Positions 37,026 to 49,535 of a DNA stretch of 64,000 nt are shown in pieces. Position numbers and translations under genes: made by a program. The stretch comes from an uncultured Alphaproteobacteria bacterium (GTDB lineage: Bacteria; Pseudomonadota; Alphaproteobacteria; Rhizobiales; Xanthobacteraceae), in contig CAWAHP010000008.1 of assembly GCA_963781875.1 (NCBI GenBank), positions 37,907 to 101,906 of the forward strand. Direction: 5' to 3'. The notes below the pieces were generated by a model that ran no database searches, was not told where the DNA came from, and saw only the letters and a list, made by a program, of their open reading frames with translations. The first letter of the stretch is position 1; every line of letters begins with the position of its first letter.

Positions 37026-38258
37026 CTACGCTGTTGGCGGCGCGGATGCCACTGTTTCGCGTCGCGGTTGGTTAAGAGCGGCGGCGCAATCCAGGACCAC
37101 GCTGGCGGCCCGGTCGCTGGGGGCCGCCTTGCCGATTTCCATGATGGCATCGAGCCGGCCGAAGGCCTCGACCTGCCGGCGCCGCTCCGGCGTATCGGAA
37201 AACAGCGGCAGCAGCGCCTCGGAAAGCCGTTGCGGCGTGCAGTCCCGCTGCAGGAATTCCGGCACCACGTTCTCGCCCAGAACCAGGTTGGCAAGGATGA
37301 CGCTTTGGGCATTGATCAGCAGGCGGGCGATCAGTTCCTCCACCAACGGAACCTTGTAGGCGGCGACCATCGGAACGCCGGCGAGCGCCAGTTCGAGGGT
37401 CGAGGTGCCGGACTTGGTCAGCGCCGCCCGCGCATTACGGAAGGCCGCGTTCTTTTCGCCCGCGTCGGTCACCACCCGCGCCGGAACGCGCCAGGACGCG
37501 ATCCGCTGCGCACCACCTCGGCAAGCCGCGGCACCGCCGGCACCACCACCTCCAGCGCACCGATGCGGTCCGCGATCAGCGCGACGCAATCGCCGAACAC
37601 CCCGGCCATGCGGCGGATTTCGCTGGCGCGGCTGCCCGGCAGCACCAGCAGCAGCGGCGGATCGGCGAGCCTGCGGCGCGCCTCCTCGGCGTTCGGACGC
37701 AAAGTGCCGACCCGTTCGCTCAACGGATGGCCGACAAACGTGCACGGCGGCCCTGTAACCGCCGCATCACCGCCGGCTCGAACGGCAGCAGCGCCAGCAC
37801 ATGGTCGACGTAACGTCGCATCGCGCGTGCGCGGCCAGGCCGCCACGCCCACACCTGCGGGCATACATAGTCCACGATCGGAATTTCCGGCGCTGCCGCC
37901 CGCACCCGCCGCGCCACGCGATGGGTGAATTCCGGACTATCGATGATGACCAGCACATCCGGTCTTGCGGCGACGACTGCGTCCGCGGTTTCCCGAATAA
38001 GCGCCAAGAATTTCGGCAAGCGCGCCGGAATCGCGGCAAAGCCCATATTGTCCAGATCGCCGAGTGGAAACAGGCTTTGCACGCCTTCGCCGGCCATATG
38101 CCTGCCGCCGACGCCGGAAAATCGCGCTGGCCCGGCGCACGTCGTTTGATCGCGGCGATCAGCGCGGCGCCCAGCCGGTCGCCCAATTCCTCGCCGACCA
38201 CCAGGAAGACATGTGGGCCTGCTGCTGCGGTTTTCCCCAATGCCGACACACGATTCAT
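37026..38258 (-). CDS. lpxB: Lipid-A-disaccharide synthase (frameshifted)
   Basis: GEE(L)GDRLG, IIDSPEF, PQVWAWR, LLPFE, FVGHPL, LPGSR, SGTSTLE, PEFLQ. Confidence 0.93.
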
Positions 38259-39127
38259 CGCGTGGTCCCGGCCGGCGTGCCGACGACGAATAGTTTGGCG
38301 CGGTCGGCCGCCGCGACCAGCCGTTCCGGCTCGGCGATGATGGTTGCGCCCGCCACCACGGCGATGCCGGCAAGCCCGGCGCGCGCGACGCCTTCAATCG
38401 TCTGCGGGCCGATCGACGGCATATCGTAGCGCAGATCCTGCCCGCGCTTGGGCGCCTTCACCAGCACGCCGCTGCCGGACGGCGCGCGGACGCGGCCGTT
38501 CGCGCGCAATTCGGCAATGCGGGCGAGCATCTGATCGGTGCCTTCCGCCGCCTCCACCGCCAGCACGTGCTTTCCCGCCACCACCACCGCCTGCCCGACG
38601 TCGAACGGCCCGGTGGCGCGCAAATAGTCGAAACCCAGGGCGATGTCGGCGCGGTCGCGGTCGGAGGCCTGCACGTGGCCGAGCGTGCCTTCCGGCACCA
38701 GGATTTCCGGCGCCACCTCGTGCGCGCCGAGCAGACGGAAGCCTTCCTCCTCGAGCAGCTTGCCCATGCCGGACAACAGATGATTGTCGCCGCCGCGAAA
38801 CGCCGCCAGCACGCGCGGCAATATGCTGAGCCCTTTGAGATCGGGGTGGACCTGCCAAAGCGACGGCCGCACCAGCGATCCGATAAACACCACGTCGCGG
38901 CATCCAGCCGCGCGCGCCAGGCGCAAGAACTTGCCGATTTGACCGATATAGATCCAATGATGCGGAAAGCGCTCGACCGCGGTGCCTTCGGCGGCGCCGC
39001 GCAAGGCGAACAGCACCACCTTCCGTCCGCGGCTCGCCACAATATCCGCCACCGCCAATGGCAGCGTGCCGCCGCCGCAAATCAGCGCGAGCGGGCCTTG
39101 CTGTCTTGCGGTCGGCGCGACGCTCAT
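38255..39127 (-). CDS. lpxI: UDP-2,3-diacylglucosamine diphosphatase LpxI
   Basis: LICGGGTLP, GGDNHLL, DVGQAVVV, AVEAAEGTD, QDLRYDMPSIG; lies between lpxA and lpxB. Confidence 0.92.
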   Translation of the reverse strand: MSVAPTARQQGPLALICGGGTLPLAVADIVASRGRKVVLFALRGAAEGTAVERFPHHWIYIGQIGKFLRLARAAGCRDVVFIGSLVRPSLWQVHPDLKGLSILPRVLAAFRGGDNHLLSGMGKLLEEEGFRLLGAHEVAPEILVPEGTLGHVQASDRDRADIALGFDYLRATGPFDVGQAVVVAGKHVLAVEAAEGTDQMLARIAELRANGRVRAPSGSGVLVKAPKRGQDLRYDMPSIGPQTIEGVARAGLAGIAVVAGATIIAEPERLVAAADRAKLFVVGTPAGTTR

Positions 39128-39940
39128 GCGTCCTCGTCGGAGTTCGTGCGCTTGACCGCCATGGTGAGCGGGCGCTTTCCGGCGCGAATGAAATCGATGA
39201 TCTTGCACACTTGCGCATCGGCCGCGTAGTCGGCGGCGACGCGCTCGAGGCGTGCGCGGAATTCGCCGTCACCGAAGAACAACGCCTGATAGGCGGCGCG
39301 CACGCGATGGATGTCGGCTTTGGCGAGCCCTTGCCGGCGCATGCCGACGACATTGAGCCCGACCAGATTGGCGAGCGGCCCCATGCGCCATGCCCCACGG
39401 AATGACGTCGGCGCGAACGCCGCTCAAGCCCACGATCATCGCGCCCTCGCCGATGCGCACGAACTGACGCACCGCCACGCCGCCGCCGAACACGACATTG
39501 TCGCCGACGGTGACATGGCCGGCGAGCAGAGTGTTGTTGGCGAACACGACATGGTTTCCGACGTGGCAATCATGCCCGACATGCGAGCCGACCATCAGGA
39601 AACAGTGGTCGCCGACTTGCGTCATCCCGCCGCCGTCCTCGGTGCCGGTGTTCATGGTCACGTCTTCGCGGATGTCGCAATCGGCGCCGACCACGAGCCT
39701 GGTCGGACCGCCGCGATAGCTGAACGATTGCGGCGGCGAACCGAGCGATGCGAAGGGGTGAATGACGGTGCGCGCGCCGATGGTCGTGTGGCCGGTGAGG
39801 TTGACATGCGCAAGCAGCCGGCAGCCATCGCCGACCGTCACATGCGGGCCGATGGTGCAATAGGGACCGATCGAAACGTCTCGTCCGATCGTCGCCCCGG
39901 CCTCGATCCGCGCCGAGGCATCGATCATGCCCGCGCTCAT
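39124..39940 (-). CDS. lpxA: UDP-N-acetylglucosamine acyltransferase (frameshift near 39385)
   Basis: Hexapeptide repeats, [31 protein letters not shown]. Confidence 0.93.
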
Positions 39941-40395
39941 GTGTCGAATATCATGGCGCCGACTTCCGCTTCGGCGACGATCTGGCCCGCGACTTTGGCC
40001 TCGCCGCGATACCACCACATGGTCTTGCGCTGGGCGATTTTCGTCATGTGGTACTCGATGGTGTCGCCCGGCACGACCGGCTTGCGGAACTTGGCCTTGT
40101 CGATGGTCAGGAAAAAAACCGACTTCGGCTGCTTCGAGGACGTCGACGCAATGCAAAGCACGCCGGCGGTCTGCGCCATGCCTTCGATCATCAACACGCC
40201 TGGAAACACCGGATTGCCGGGGAAGTGCCCCTGGAATTGCGGCTCATTGAAGGTCACGTTCTTGATTCCGATGCCGTGGCTATCGCCGCGAATATCGATC
40301 ACCCGGTCGACCATGAGAAATGGATAGCGGTGCGGCAGCATTCTGAGCACGACCGCGATGTCGGCCGCTTCCAGCTTGGTGACGGGCTTATTCAT
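39937..40395 (-). CDS. fabZ: 3-hydroxyacyl-ACP dehydratase
   Basis: [49 protein letters not shown]. Confidence 0.96.
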   Translation of the reverse strand: MNKPVTKLEAADIAVVLRMLPHRYPFLMVDRVIDIRGDSHGIGIKNVTFNEPQFQGHFPGNPVFPGVLMIEGMAQTAGVLCIASTSSKQPKSVFFLTIDKAKFRKPVVPGDTIEYHMTKIAQRKTMWWYRGEAKVAGQIVAEAEVGAMIFDT

Positions 40396-40411
40396 ATGCA
40401 TGCCAATCGTC

Positions 40412-41471
40412 TCATTCGTCCGCTGCCGCTTCGGCGCCGCCTTTTTCGCGCGCCAGGCGCGTCGAGCATCATCATTTCGCGGAACCAAATGCTTTAGCGG
40501 CTTGGCCGGCGTACCCCCCCAGCGCGCACCGGCCGGCACATCGCCGTGGACATTACTGGTCGCGGCAATCTGCGCGCCCTCGCCGATGGTGACATTGGTA
40601 TTTAGGCCGACCCGCGCGCCCAGCACAACAAAGTCTTCCAGCGTCGAACTTCCGGCAATGCCCACTTGCGCCACCACGACGCAGTGCCGGCCAATGCTGA
40701 CATTGTGACCAACCTGAACCAGGTTGTCGATCTTGGTGCCCTCGCCAATCACGGTGTCGCGAATGGCGCCGCGGTCGATGGTGGTGCCGGCGCCGATCTC
40801 GACATCGTCCTGGATGATGACGCGCCCGACTTGCGGGACTTTGAGGTGGCCCTTTCCTCCCATCACGAAACCGAAGCCGTCCTGCCCGATCTTGCAGCCC
40901 GGATGAATGATGACGCGATCGCCGATCAGCGCATTGGAGATCGAAGCCCCGGCGCCGATCGAACAATCGCGCCCGATCCGCACCTCGGTCCCGATCACGG
41001 CGTTGGCCCCGATCACGGTGCCGCCGCCAATCTCGGCGCCCGGGCCGATGACCGCGCCAGGCTCGACGGTGACGCCGTTTTCCAGCCGCGCGGTCGGATC
41101 CACATGGGCGCCGGCCACCTCGCCCGCCTTGGCGAGCGAGGACGGCCGCAGCGAATGCGGGAATAATTCGCGCGCCACCATCACGAAGGCACGATAGGGC
41201 TCGCGCACGACCAGCGCCGGCACATGAGCCGGCAGCTCTTTGGCGAGCTCCGCCGTGGTCAAGCACGCGCCGGCATGGGTTGCGAGCCGGCCGCGGCATA
41301 TTTCTTGTTGTCGAAGAAGGTGAGATCGGACGGCGCCGCGCGATCGAGCGGAGCGACGTTGACGATGCGGCGCGTCATGCGGCGGCGCCGCCGGCGAGTC
41401 GCGCCGGTCAAGGCCACGATCTCATCAAGCGTGAGACCGCGGGTGTGTCGTAGGAATACCGGCTCGCTCAT
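40412..41471 (-). CDS. lpxD: UDP-3-O-acylglucosamine N-acyltransferase (frameshifted)
   Basis: [42 protein letters not shown]. Confidence 0.94.
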
Positions 41472-41519
41472 GCTGCCCAGCGCCGTGCCGCCGATCTGCG
41501 GCCAAGATCAGAACTTCGT

Positions 41520-44035
41520 TCAGAACTTGGTGCCGCCGCTGAAGCGGAAGATCTGCGTGCGGTCGTAGACTTTGCCTTGGCTGATCGGGTAAGCCAAATC
41601 GAAGCGCAACGGACCGAGCGGCGAATCCCAGATCAGGCCCACACCGACCGACGAGCGAATCTTATTGGACGTCGGCCGACCTGTAAGCTGTCTCGCCGGT
41701 CACGCTCCAACTGGTCGGACCCTTGTAATTCCACAGCGAACCGGCGTCCGCAAAGGCCGCGAACTTGATGCCGATCTCCTTCGGCAGGAAGTAGAGCGGC
41801 GTCTGCGCCTCGACACTCGCGCCCCAGATACATGGTGCCGCCGAGCGCGTCGTTGGTCGTGCCCGGGGTCAGGTCGCGCGGGCCGATGCCGGCGGGCGCA
41901 AAGCCGCGCACGAGATTCGGGCCCATCTGGAAGTGATCCAGCATGCGCAAATCCTTGCCGCCCCAGCCGCGGAGGTGGCCGCCTTGCAACTTTGAGAACG
42001 CCGACGACGTCCGGAAAGCACTTCGTAGTAATTGCGCATTTCCACCGCCGAGCGGATGAAATTCACGTCGCCGCCGACGCCGGCGAAATCCTGCTTGAGT
42101 CTCGGCATACAGGCCGCTGGTCGGCGACTCTGTTGTTGTCGAGAGTGTTGTAGGCCAGCGTATAGCCGACCAACGAAACCAAGACTGGACCATTCGCCAG
42201 TTCCTTGCGCACCGCAAGCGAAGCTTCGCCGTTGGCGTAGCAGTTGCCGCCGTCGGCAGTAGGATCCGTCAAGCTGTTCGGATTGACGCCAGCTTGGCGC
42301 ATTGCTTCGACGGCCGGTGTCACGCCCGGTACCGCCATTGATCGGGCGTTGGGCGACAAGATACAATTGTTCAAGTGTAGTCGGCAGCGTGATTTCCTGC
42401 CGGTAGATCGAATAACGCGGCTGCAACGACAGTTCTTCGGTCAGCGCAAAGCCGAGCCGCAAATTGGTGCCATACGTCTTGGTGTCATAGGACACGTATG
42501 ACGAGGCTAGGTTCTGCCGCGCAAACAAGATCGATGCCGCCGGCCATCGCGGTAGCCGAGCAGATAGGGCTCGACGAACGACAGGTCGACGCCACGCGCA
42601 TACTGGCCATAAGTCACCGACGCCTTGGCATATTGGCCGCGGCCCATGAGGTTGCGGTCGGCAACGCTGACTTCGGCGATGAAATCCGTCGGCGGTGGAG
42701 TAGCCGCCGGCGACCGAGAACTCACCGGTCGCCTGCTCCTCGACATCGACGTTGATGACGACGCGATCGGGCGCCGAGCCAGGCTCGTTGGTGATCTTGA
42801 CCGTTTTGAAGTAGTTCAGGTTCTTCAACCGGCGCTCGGCACGATCGATCAGCGCGCGGTTATAGGCGTCGCCTTCGCCGATATCGAATTCGCGGCGGAT
42901 CACGTAGTCGCGGGTGCGGATATTGCCGCGAATATTGATGCGTTCGATATAGGCGCGCGTGCCTTCCTCGACCACGAAAGACGAGATTGATGGTCTTGGT
43001 CTCGAAGTTGCGGTCGCCGCGCGGACGCACGTTGGCGAAGGCATAGCCGCGCTTGGCGGCCTCGATCGTCATCGCCTCGACCGACTTCTCCGACCAGGTC
43101 GGCGTTGTACACGCTGCCGGCGCCGAGCTTGAGCCTGCTTCGCAGCGATTGCCGGATCGATCGCGTGCACGTTCGAGATCACGTCCACGGTGCCGACGCG
43201 ATATTGGCTGCCCTCATCGATGGTGAAGGTGATGATGAATCCCTTCTTGGCCGGATCGTACTCGCCGACCGCCGAGACGATTCGAACGTCGGCATAGCCG
43301 TGCTTGAGATAGAACCGGCGCAGCAGGTCGCGGTCGGCTTCGACGCGATCGGGATCGTAGATGTCGGTCGTCTGCAGGAAGCTGAGCCAATTGCTTTCCG
43401 AGGTCTTGATCACGTCCTTCAGGCGGCCATGCGAAAATGCGTGCGCGCCGACGAAGCGGATTTCTCTTGACGCCGGTCTTGTCGCCTTCGGTGATCTCGA
43501 ACACCAGATCGACGCGGTTGTTCGGCAGTTCGATGATCTTCGGCTCGACGCTCACGTCGAAGCGGCCGCTGCGGTGATAGATTTCGATGATGCGCTGCAC
43601 GTCGGCCTGCACGGTCGGCCGCGACAGCGTCCCGCGCGGCTTCGACTGCACTTCGATCTTGAGCTGGTCGTCCTTGGCTTTCTTGTTGCCCTCGAAGGCG
43701 ACCCGGTTGATCACCGGGTTTTCGACCACCGTGACCACCAACCGGCCGCCGGAGCGATTGATGCGCACGTCGGAAAACAGCCCGGTGGCGTAAAGCGCCT
43801 TGAGCGCCTCGTCGATTTCCAGCGGCCCGAGCCGGCCGCCCGGGCCGGCCTTGAAATAGGAGCGGACGGTGTCGGCCTCGACCCGCCGGTTACCTTCCAC
43901 CGCAATGGAATTGACGGTCTGCGCGACCGCGACGCCCGAGGACGCAACCGTCACGCAGCCGGCACCGACAAGGGTACCGCCGAGGACCACACAGCAAAGG
44001 GCCAGTCCCCGAACAAACCGCACACAACGTCCCAT
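41520..44035 (-). CDS. bamA: Outer membrane protein assembly factor BamA (multiple frameshifts)
   Basis: POTRA motifs (VEGNRRVE, LYATGLF, TRDYVIRRE), VRGF, W.SPLGPLRF, C-terminal FRFSGGTKF. Confidence 0.95.
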
Positions 44036-44229
44036 GCGCAACGCGCCCTTATAACCCTAGCGGCCGCCCCCGCTGGCGGATTCGACAAACGCCATGACCG
44101 CCCGGCTGGATGGTTCCTGCCGGACGGGTCTGGCATTCGCCTGCTTTGTACAGCGTTTTGGCCGCACTGCAAACGAAACTCCCAGCCCAAGTTTCCCTTT
44201 CCCCTCAAAAAGTTGCCCAGGGGCAACGG

Positions 44230-45385
44230 TTATGAGGTGGCCAGGTGGAGGATGTCATTAAAGGTTGCAAAAATCATCAACATGACGACGATTGCCAGCC
44301 CAATCCGGAACCCGACCTCCTGGGCGCGCTCGGACAGCGGGCTTGCCGCGGACCGCCTCGATTCCATAGAACAAAAGGTGACCGCCATCGAGCAGCGGGA
44401 TCGGAAACAGGTTCAGGAGCCCGATCGAGACCGACAGCACGGCCGTCAGGTGGATCAGCGCGACAAAGCCGGCGGTGGCCACCTGGCCGGAGACCTGGGC
44501 GATGCGGATCGGGCCGCCGAGCTGATCGGCCGCCTCGCGGCCGGCAAATACCCCGCCGATATAGGACAGGGTGCGGTCGACCACGAACCAGGTCTCCTGC
44601 GCGCCCATGACGACGGCCGACAACGGCCCGACCTTCTGCGTCTTGATGTCGCCGGGCGCCATGGAGCGGCTGATGCCGAGCACACCGAGCCGGTGCACAT
44701 TGCCGAAATTGTCCTTGATCTCCTTGAGCTCCGGCATCGCCTTGAGCGTGACCGGCACGCCGCCGCGCTCGACCTCGACATTGAGCGGCTCGCCGGCGTT
44801 GATGCTGACGATGCGCTGCATGTCGGAGAAGCTGTCGATCTTTTCGCCGTTGATCGCCAGCACGAGATCGCCAGGCTTGAAGCCGGCAGCCTGCGCGGCG
44901 CTTCCCGGCTGCACGGCATCGACGCGCGCACTCGTGGTCTGCTTGCCGACGATCATGAAAATGCCGGCGAAAATGACGATCGCCAGTATGAAATTCGCGA
45001 TCGGACCCGCCGCCACCACGGCCGCGCGGGAGCCAACCGGCTTGTGGATGAAGCTGTCCTTTTTCTCGGCCTCGCTCATGCCGGCGGCAGCCGCATGGTC
45101 GGGCACGCTTGCCGCATTGTCGTCGCCGAAGAACTTCACATAGCCGCCGAGCGGAACCGCGGCGATTTTCCAGCGCGTGCCGTAGCGGTCGTAGAAGCCG
45201 ACGATTTCGGGACCGAACCCGATCGAGAACACCAGCACCTTGATGCCGCACCAGCGGGCCACCAGGAAATGGCCAAGCTCATGAAAGAAAACGACAATCG
45301 TCAGCACAAACAGGAATGGAACCAGATAGCCGACGAGGCCGCCGCCGAATGAGGTCAAGCCCGCCATCATAATATCCATACTCAT
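44230..45385 (-). CDS. rseP: RIP metalloprotease RseP (frameshift near the 3' end)
   Basis: HELGH, PLGGYVKF, AGPIAN, PDZ domain, NLFPIPLLDGGH. Confidence 0.95.
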
Positions 45386-45435
45386 TACACCCTCGTCCCG
45401 CCCGTCTGGCGTCCATATCGTTGTCGATAAGCTTA

Positions 45436-46662
45436 CTAGGATGACTTTACGGCAATTTCGGGCAAGAGGTCTCGCGCTAAACTTCTCGCAATATGGTCAA
45501 CGGCGAGGGCCGCATCGATACCGGACGGTTCCCCCAAAAGTCCGCGGCCCGCTGCCGCATCGAGCGTTGCTTCCACAAGCGCGACAATGGCCGGAAATGC
45601 GTATGCGTCCGGCGATGAATTCGCCGACCGCGATCTCATTGGCCGCATTGAGCACGGTCGGCGCCGCCCCACCCGTCTCCATGGCGCGCCGCGCCAGCGC
45701 CAACGCCGGAAAGCGGACCAGATCCGGCGCTTCAAAGGTCAATTCGCGCACCCGCGCCAGATCGAGCCGCGCCGCCGGTCCGTCGATGCGCCGCGGCCAG
45801 GCCAGGCAATGGGCGATCGGAATGCGCATGTCGGGCGAGCCGAGCTGCGCCACCACCGAGCCGTCGCGAAATTCCACCAGCCCATGCACCACCGATTGCG
45901 GATGCACCAGCACGTCGATCTCGTCGGACGTAAGCGCGAACAGATGATGCGCCTCGATCAGTTCGAGGCCTTTGTTCATCAGGCTCGCGGAATCGATCGT
46001 GACCTTCGGCCCCATCGACCAGTTCGGATGTCGCAGCGCCTGCTCGGGCGTCGCCGCCGGATCGCCTCCAGCGTCCAGGTGCGGAACGGACCGCCGGATG
46101 CGGTCAGGATCACGCGCTTGACGTCCTCGCGCGTGCCGGCGCCGAGCGCCTGGAACACCGCATTATGTTCGGAGTCGACCGGCAGCACGGTTGCGCCGGC
46201 CTTTGCCGCGCGCCGCATGAACAGGCGCCGGCACAAACCAGACATTCCTTGTTGGCGAGCGCGACGGTCGCGCCGCGTTCGATCGCCGGCAAGCGTCGGT
46301 TTAAGTCCGATCGAGCCGCTGATCGCCGCCATCACCCAGTCGGCCGGCCGCTCGGCCGCTTCGACCACGGCGTCTTCGCCCGCCGCCGCCTCGATGCCGC
46401 TGCCGGCCAGCGCACTTTTAAGTTCGCCATAAACGGCAGGATCGGCGACCACGGCGAGCCGGGCGCCGACCTCGCGGGCGATCTTCGCGAGCGCTGCCGC
46501 ATTGCGTCGCGCGGTGATCGCCTCGACCCGATAGCGCTCACGATTGCGCTTGATCAGATCGACGGTGCTGGCGCCGATCGATCCGGTGGCGCCGAGAATG
46601 GTGATGCTGCGCCCCGCCGCGGCCGGCAGCGGTTTCGCTCGGGCAAGGTCGGTTGCGGTCAT
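45436..46662 (-). CDS. dxr: 1-deoxy-D-xylulose-5-phosphate reductoisomerase (frameshifted)
   Basis: [44 protein letters not shown]. Confidence 0.95.
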
Positions 46663-46666
46663 GCGC

Positions 46667-47386
46667 TCACCATACCAGCAGGCCGCGCGCCGCGCCGTCG
46701 AAACCGCCGCGTAGTAAACCGATCAAGCAGGCCACGAAGGCCGCGGCCCAAAAACCGTCGAGCCGGTCCATCACGCCGCCATGGCCGGGAATGAGGTGGC
46801 TGGCATCCTTGGCGCCGAACTGGCGCTTGATCCAGGACTCCAGCAGATCGCCAAGTTGCGCCACCACCGACAGCAGCAGCGCGATGCCCGCCAGCGCGGC
46901 CCGGTCGAACAATCCAAAAAAGCCGCCAGCCAGGACGGCCACGATCATCGCGCCGAGCGCGCCGGCGATCGCGCCCGACCAGGTTTTTTTCGGACTGACC
47001 GCGGGCAACAATTTCGGTCCACCGATCGCCCGGCCGGCGAAATATCCGAGAATGTCGGTCGTCCACACGATCGCGAACAGCAACACGATCGCGAGGAAGC
47101 CGAGCTCGGCGTCGTGCCGCAACACCAGGGGCGCCGCCAGCATAATTCCGGCATAGCCAATACCGGCGGCAATCCAGAGCGGGCCTTTGACCAGTGCGGT
47201 CCATTCCCACAACACGGCGATCGCGGCCGCGCCCCAGAACACCGCGAACGGCCAGCCGCCGAAATAGGCCGCGAGCAATGCCAGCGGCGCCAGCACCGCG
47301 GCGGAAACGACGCGCAGCGCGAGATTGCTCGCGGACGCGGCTTTCCCGGCATTACCGGGGCCGGAAACGGGATCGGGTTGCCGCAC
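46667..47386 (-). CDS. cdsA: Phosphatidate cytidylyltransferase
   Basis: [36 protein letters not shown]; start approximate. Confidence 0.92.
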   Translation of the reverse strand: MRQPDPVSGPGNAGKAASASNLALRVVSAAVLAPLALLAAYFGGWPFAVFWGAAAIAVLWEWTALVKGPLWIAAGIGYAGIMLAAPLVLRHDAELGFLAIVLLFAIVWTTDILGYFAGRAIGGPKLLPAVSPKKTWSGAIAGALGAMIVAVLAGGFFGLFDRAALAGIALLLSVVAQLGDLLESWIKRQFGAKDASHLIPGHGGVMDRLDGFWAAAFVACLIGLLRGGFDGAARGLLVW

Positions 47387-47390
47387 GGGA

Positions 47391-48149
47391 TCAGGATCCG
47401 GTCTTCGCGACCAGGCCGCCGAACCGGCGCTCGCGCTGCTGGTATTCGCGGATCGCCGACCTCGAGCGCGGCGCGGTCGAAGTCCGGCCAATAGGTCGGC
47501 ACGAACACCAGTTCGCTATAGGCCGACTGCCAGAGCAGGAAATTGGACAGGCGCTGTTCGCCGCTGGTGCGGATGATGAGATCGGGATCGGGCACGTCCG
47601 GCGCATCGAGGAAACCGGCCGACGGTCTCCATGGTGACATCGGCCGGCTGGGAGGCGCCCTTGCGCCACCTGCTCGGCGATGCGTCGCGCCGCGCGCGCG
47701 ATTTCCTGGCGCGAGCCGTAATTGAACGCGACCACCAAGGTCAGCCCGCTATTGTTGCGCGTGAGTTCTTCCGCTTCCGTCAGCAGACGGCCGATGTCGG
47801 GATCGAGCCCTTCGCGTTCGCCGATGATGCGCACGCGCACATTGCTTTGGTGCAACTCGGCCAGATCGTTGCGGATGAAGCGCCGCAGCAGACCCATCAG
47901 CTCGTGCACTTCGGATGCCGGCCGCGACCAGTTTTCCGCGCTGAAGGAAAAGATCGTGATGTAGCCGATGCCGATTTCGCCGGCCGCGCGGATCGTGCGC
48001 CGCAACGCCTCGACGCCGCGCCGGTGCCCTTCCGCGCGCGGCAGCCCGCGCGCCGCCGCCCAGCGTCCATTGCCGTCCATGATGATGGCGACATGGCGCG
48101 GCACCTCGAATGCCGGCTTGGCGCTTTGCGGAACCTCTGCCTCGGGCAT
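47391..48149 (-). CDS. uppS: Undecaprenyl diphosphate synthase (frameshifted)
   Basis: [52 protein letters not shown]. Confidence 0.95.
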   Translation of the reverse strand: MPEAEVPQSAKPAFEVPRHVAIIMDGNGRWAAARGLPRAEGHRRGVEALRRTIRAAGEIGIGYITIFSFSAENWSRPASEVHELMGLLRRFIRNDLAELHQSNVRVRIIGEREGLDPDIGRLLTEAEELTRNNSGLTLVVAFNYGSRQEIARAARRIAEQVAQGRLPAGRCHHGDRRPVSSMRRTCPIPISSSAPAANSACPISCSGSRPIANWCSCRPIGRTSTAPRSRSAIREYQQRERRFGGLVAKTGS

Positions 48150-48160
48150 GCGGCTAGACC

Positions 48161-48725
48161 TCAGACGGTGAGGATCTCCTTTTCCTTGGCCGCGAGCATA
48201 TGGTCGATTTCGGCAATCCCGGCATCGGTCGCCTTCTGAACATCGGCGGTGAAGCGGTCGTGGTCGTCCTTGCTGATCTTGTGATCCTTCTCCAGCTTCT
48301 TGATCACGTCCATGGCGTCGCGCCGCACGTGCCGCACCGCCACGCGCGCGGTCTCGGCAGTATTTATGCGCGACCTTGACCAGTTCCTTGCGCCGCTCCT
48401 CGTTGAGTTCGGGGATGCGCAGGCGAATGGTCTGTCCCTCGGTCGCCGGCGACAAGCCCAGATTGGAATTGATGATCGCCTTTTCCACCGCATGCACCAG
48501 CGAGCGGTCCCAGACATTGACCGAAATCAGCCGCGGCTCCGGCACGCTGACGGTCGCCACTTGGTTGAGCGGCATCTGCGCGCCATAGGCCTCGACCATC
48601 ACCGGATCGAGCAGATGCGCGGAGGCGCGCCCGGTTCGCAGGCCCGACAATTCGGTCTTGAGAACGGCGCTGGCGCCCTGCATGCGGCGCTTGATCTCGT
48701 TGATATCGTGCGTTGCGTTTGCCAT
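48161..48725 (-). CDS. frr: Ribosome recycling factor (frameshift near 48360)
   Basis: [24 protein letters not shown]. Confidence 0.95.
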
Positions 48726-48765
48726 GGCGATCCCCCGAACACGGCGCCGCACTCACGGCGCGCAA

Positions 48766-49480
48766 TTAGCCGACGATCGTCGCGCGTCCTTTGCCGCGAA
48801 GAACGGCCTCGATGGCGCCCTTCTCGGCGATCGAGAATACGATGATAGGCATACGGTTTTCCCGGGCAAGCGCGAAGGCGGCGCCATCCATGACCCGCAG
48901 GTCCTTTTCGATCGCTTCCTGGTGGCTGAGGCGGTCGTAGCGCTTGGCTTTCGGGTCTTTCTTGGGATCGGCGCTGTAGACGCCATCGACATTGGTGGCC
49001 TTGAGCACGGCCTGGCAGTTGAGTTCGGCGGCGCGCAAGCACCGCGGTGGTGTCGGTGGTGAAAAACGGATTGCCGGTTCCGGCAGCCAGCAGCACGACG
49101 CGGCCCTTGCCGAGGTTTTTCTGCGCGCGCTTGCGGTTATAGGTCTCGCAGACCGACGGCATGGCGAGCGCCGACAACGTGCGCGCCTCGCGCCCGGCGC
49201 GCTCGATGGCCGCTTCCAGCACCAGGCAATTCATCACCGTCGCCAGCATGCCCATGGTGTCGCCGACCGGGCGCGGCACGCCGCGCTCCGACACTTCGAC
49301 GCCGCGGAAGATATTGCCGCCGCCGACCACGACGCCGAGTTCGACACCGAGCGTCGCCGCCGCCACCAGATCGGCGGCGAGCCGTTCGACCGTCGCCTGA
49401 TCGATGCCGAATCCTTTCGCGCCGGTGAGTGCTTCGCCGGACAATTTGACGATGACGCGACGGTAGACCGGATCACTCAT
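48766..49480 (-). CDS. pyrH: UMP kinase (frameshift near 49035)
   Basis: [42 protein letters not shown]. Confidence 0.96.
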
Positions 49481-49535
49481 GCGTTCGCGATCCTCGTTAG
49501 GGCTCGACCCGTTCGAAAGGTAGCCTTACTTCCTA

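Noticed and set aside
39937-41262. Apparent LpxD-FabZ fusion (also Frr-UppS at 47391-48752)
   Set aside because: These are produced by indels near the 3' end of the upstream gene; natural stops exist at 40412 and 48161 in the corrected frames.
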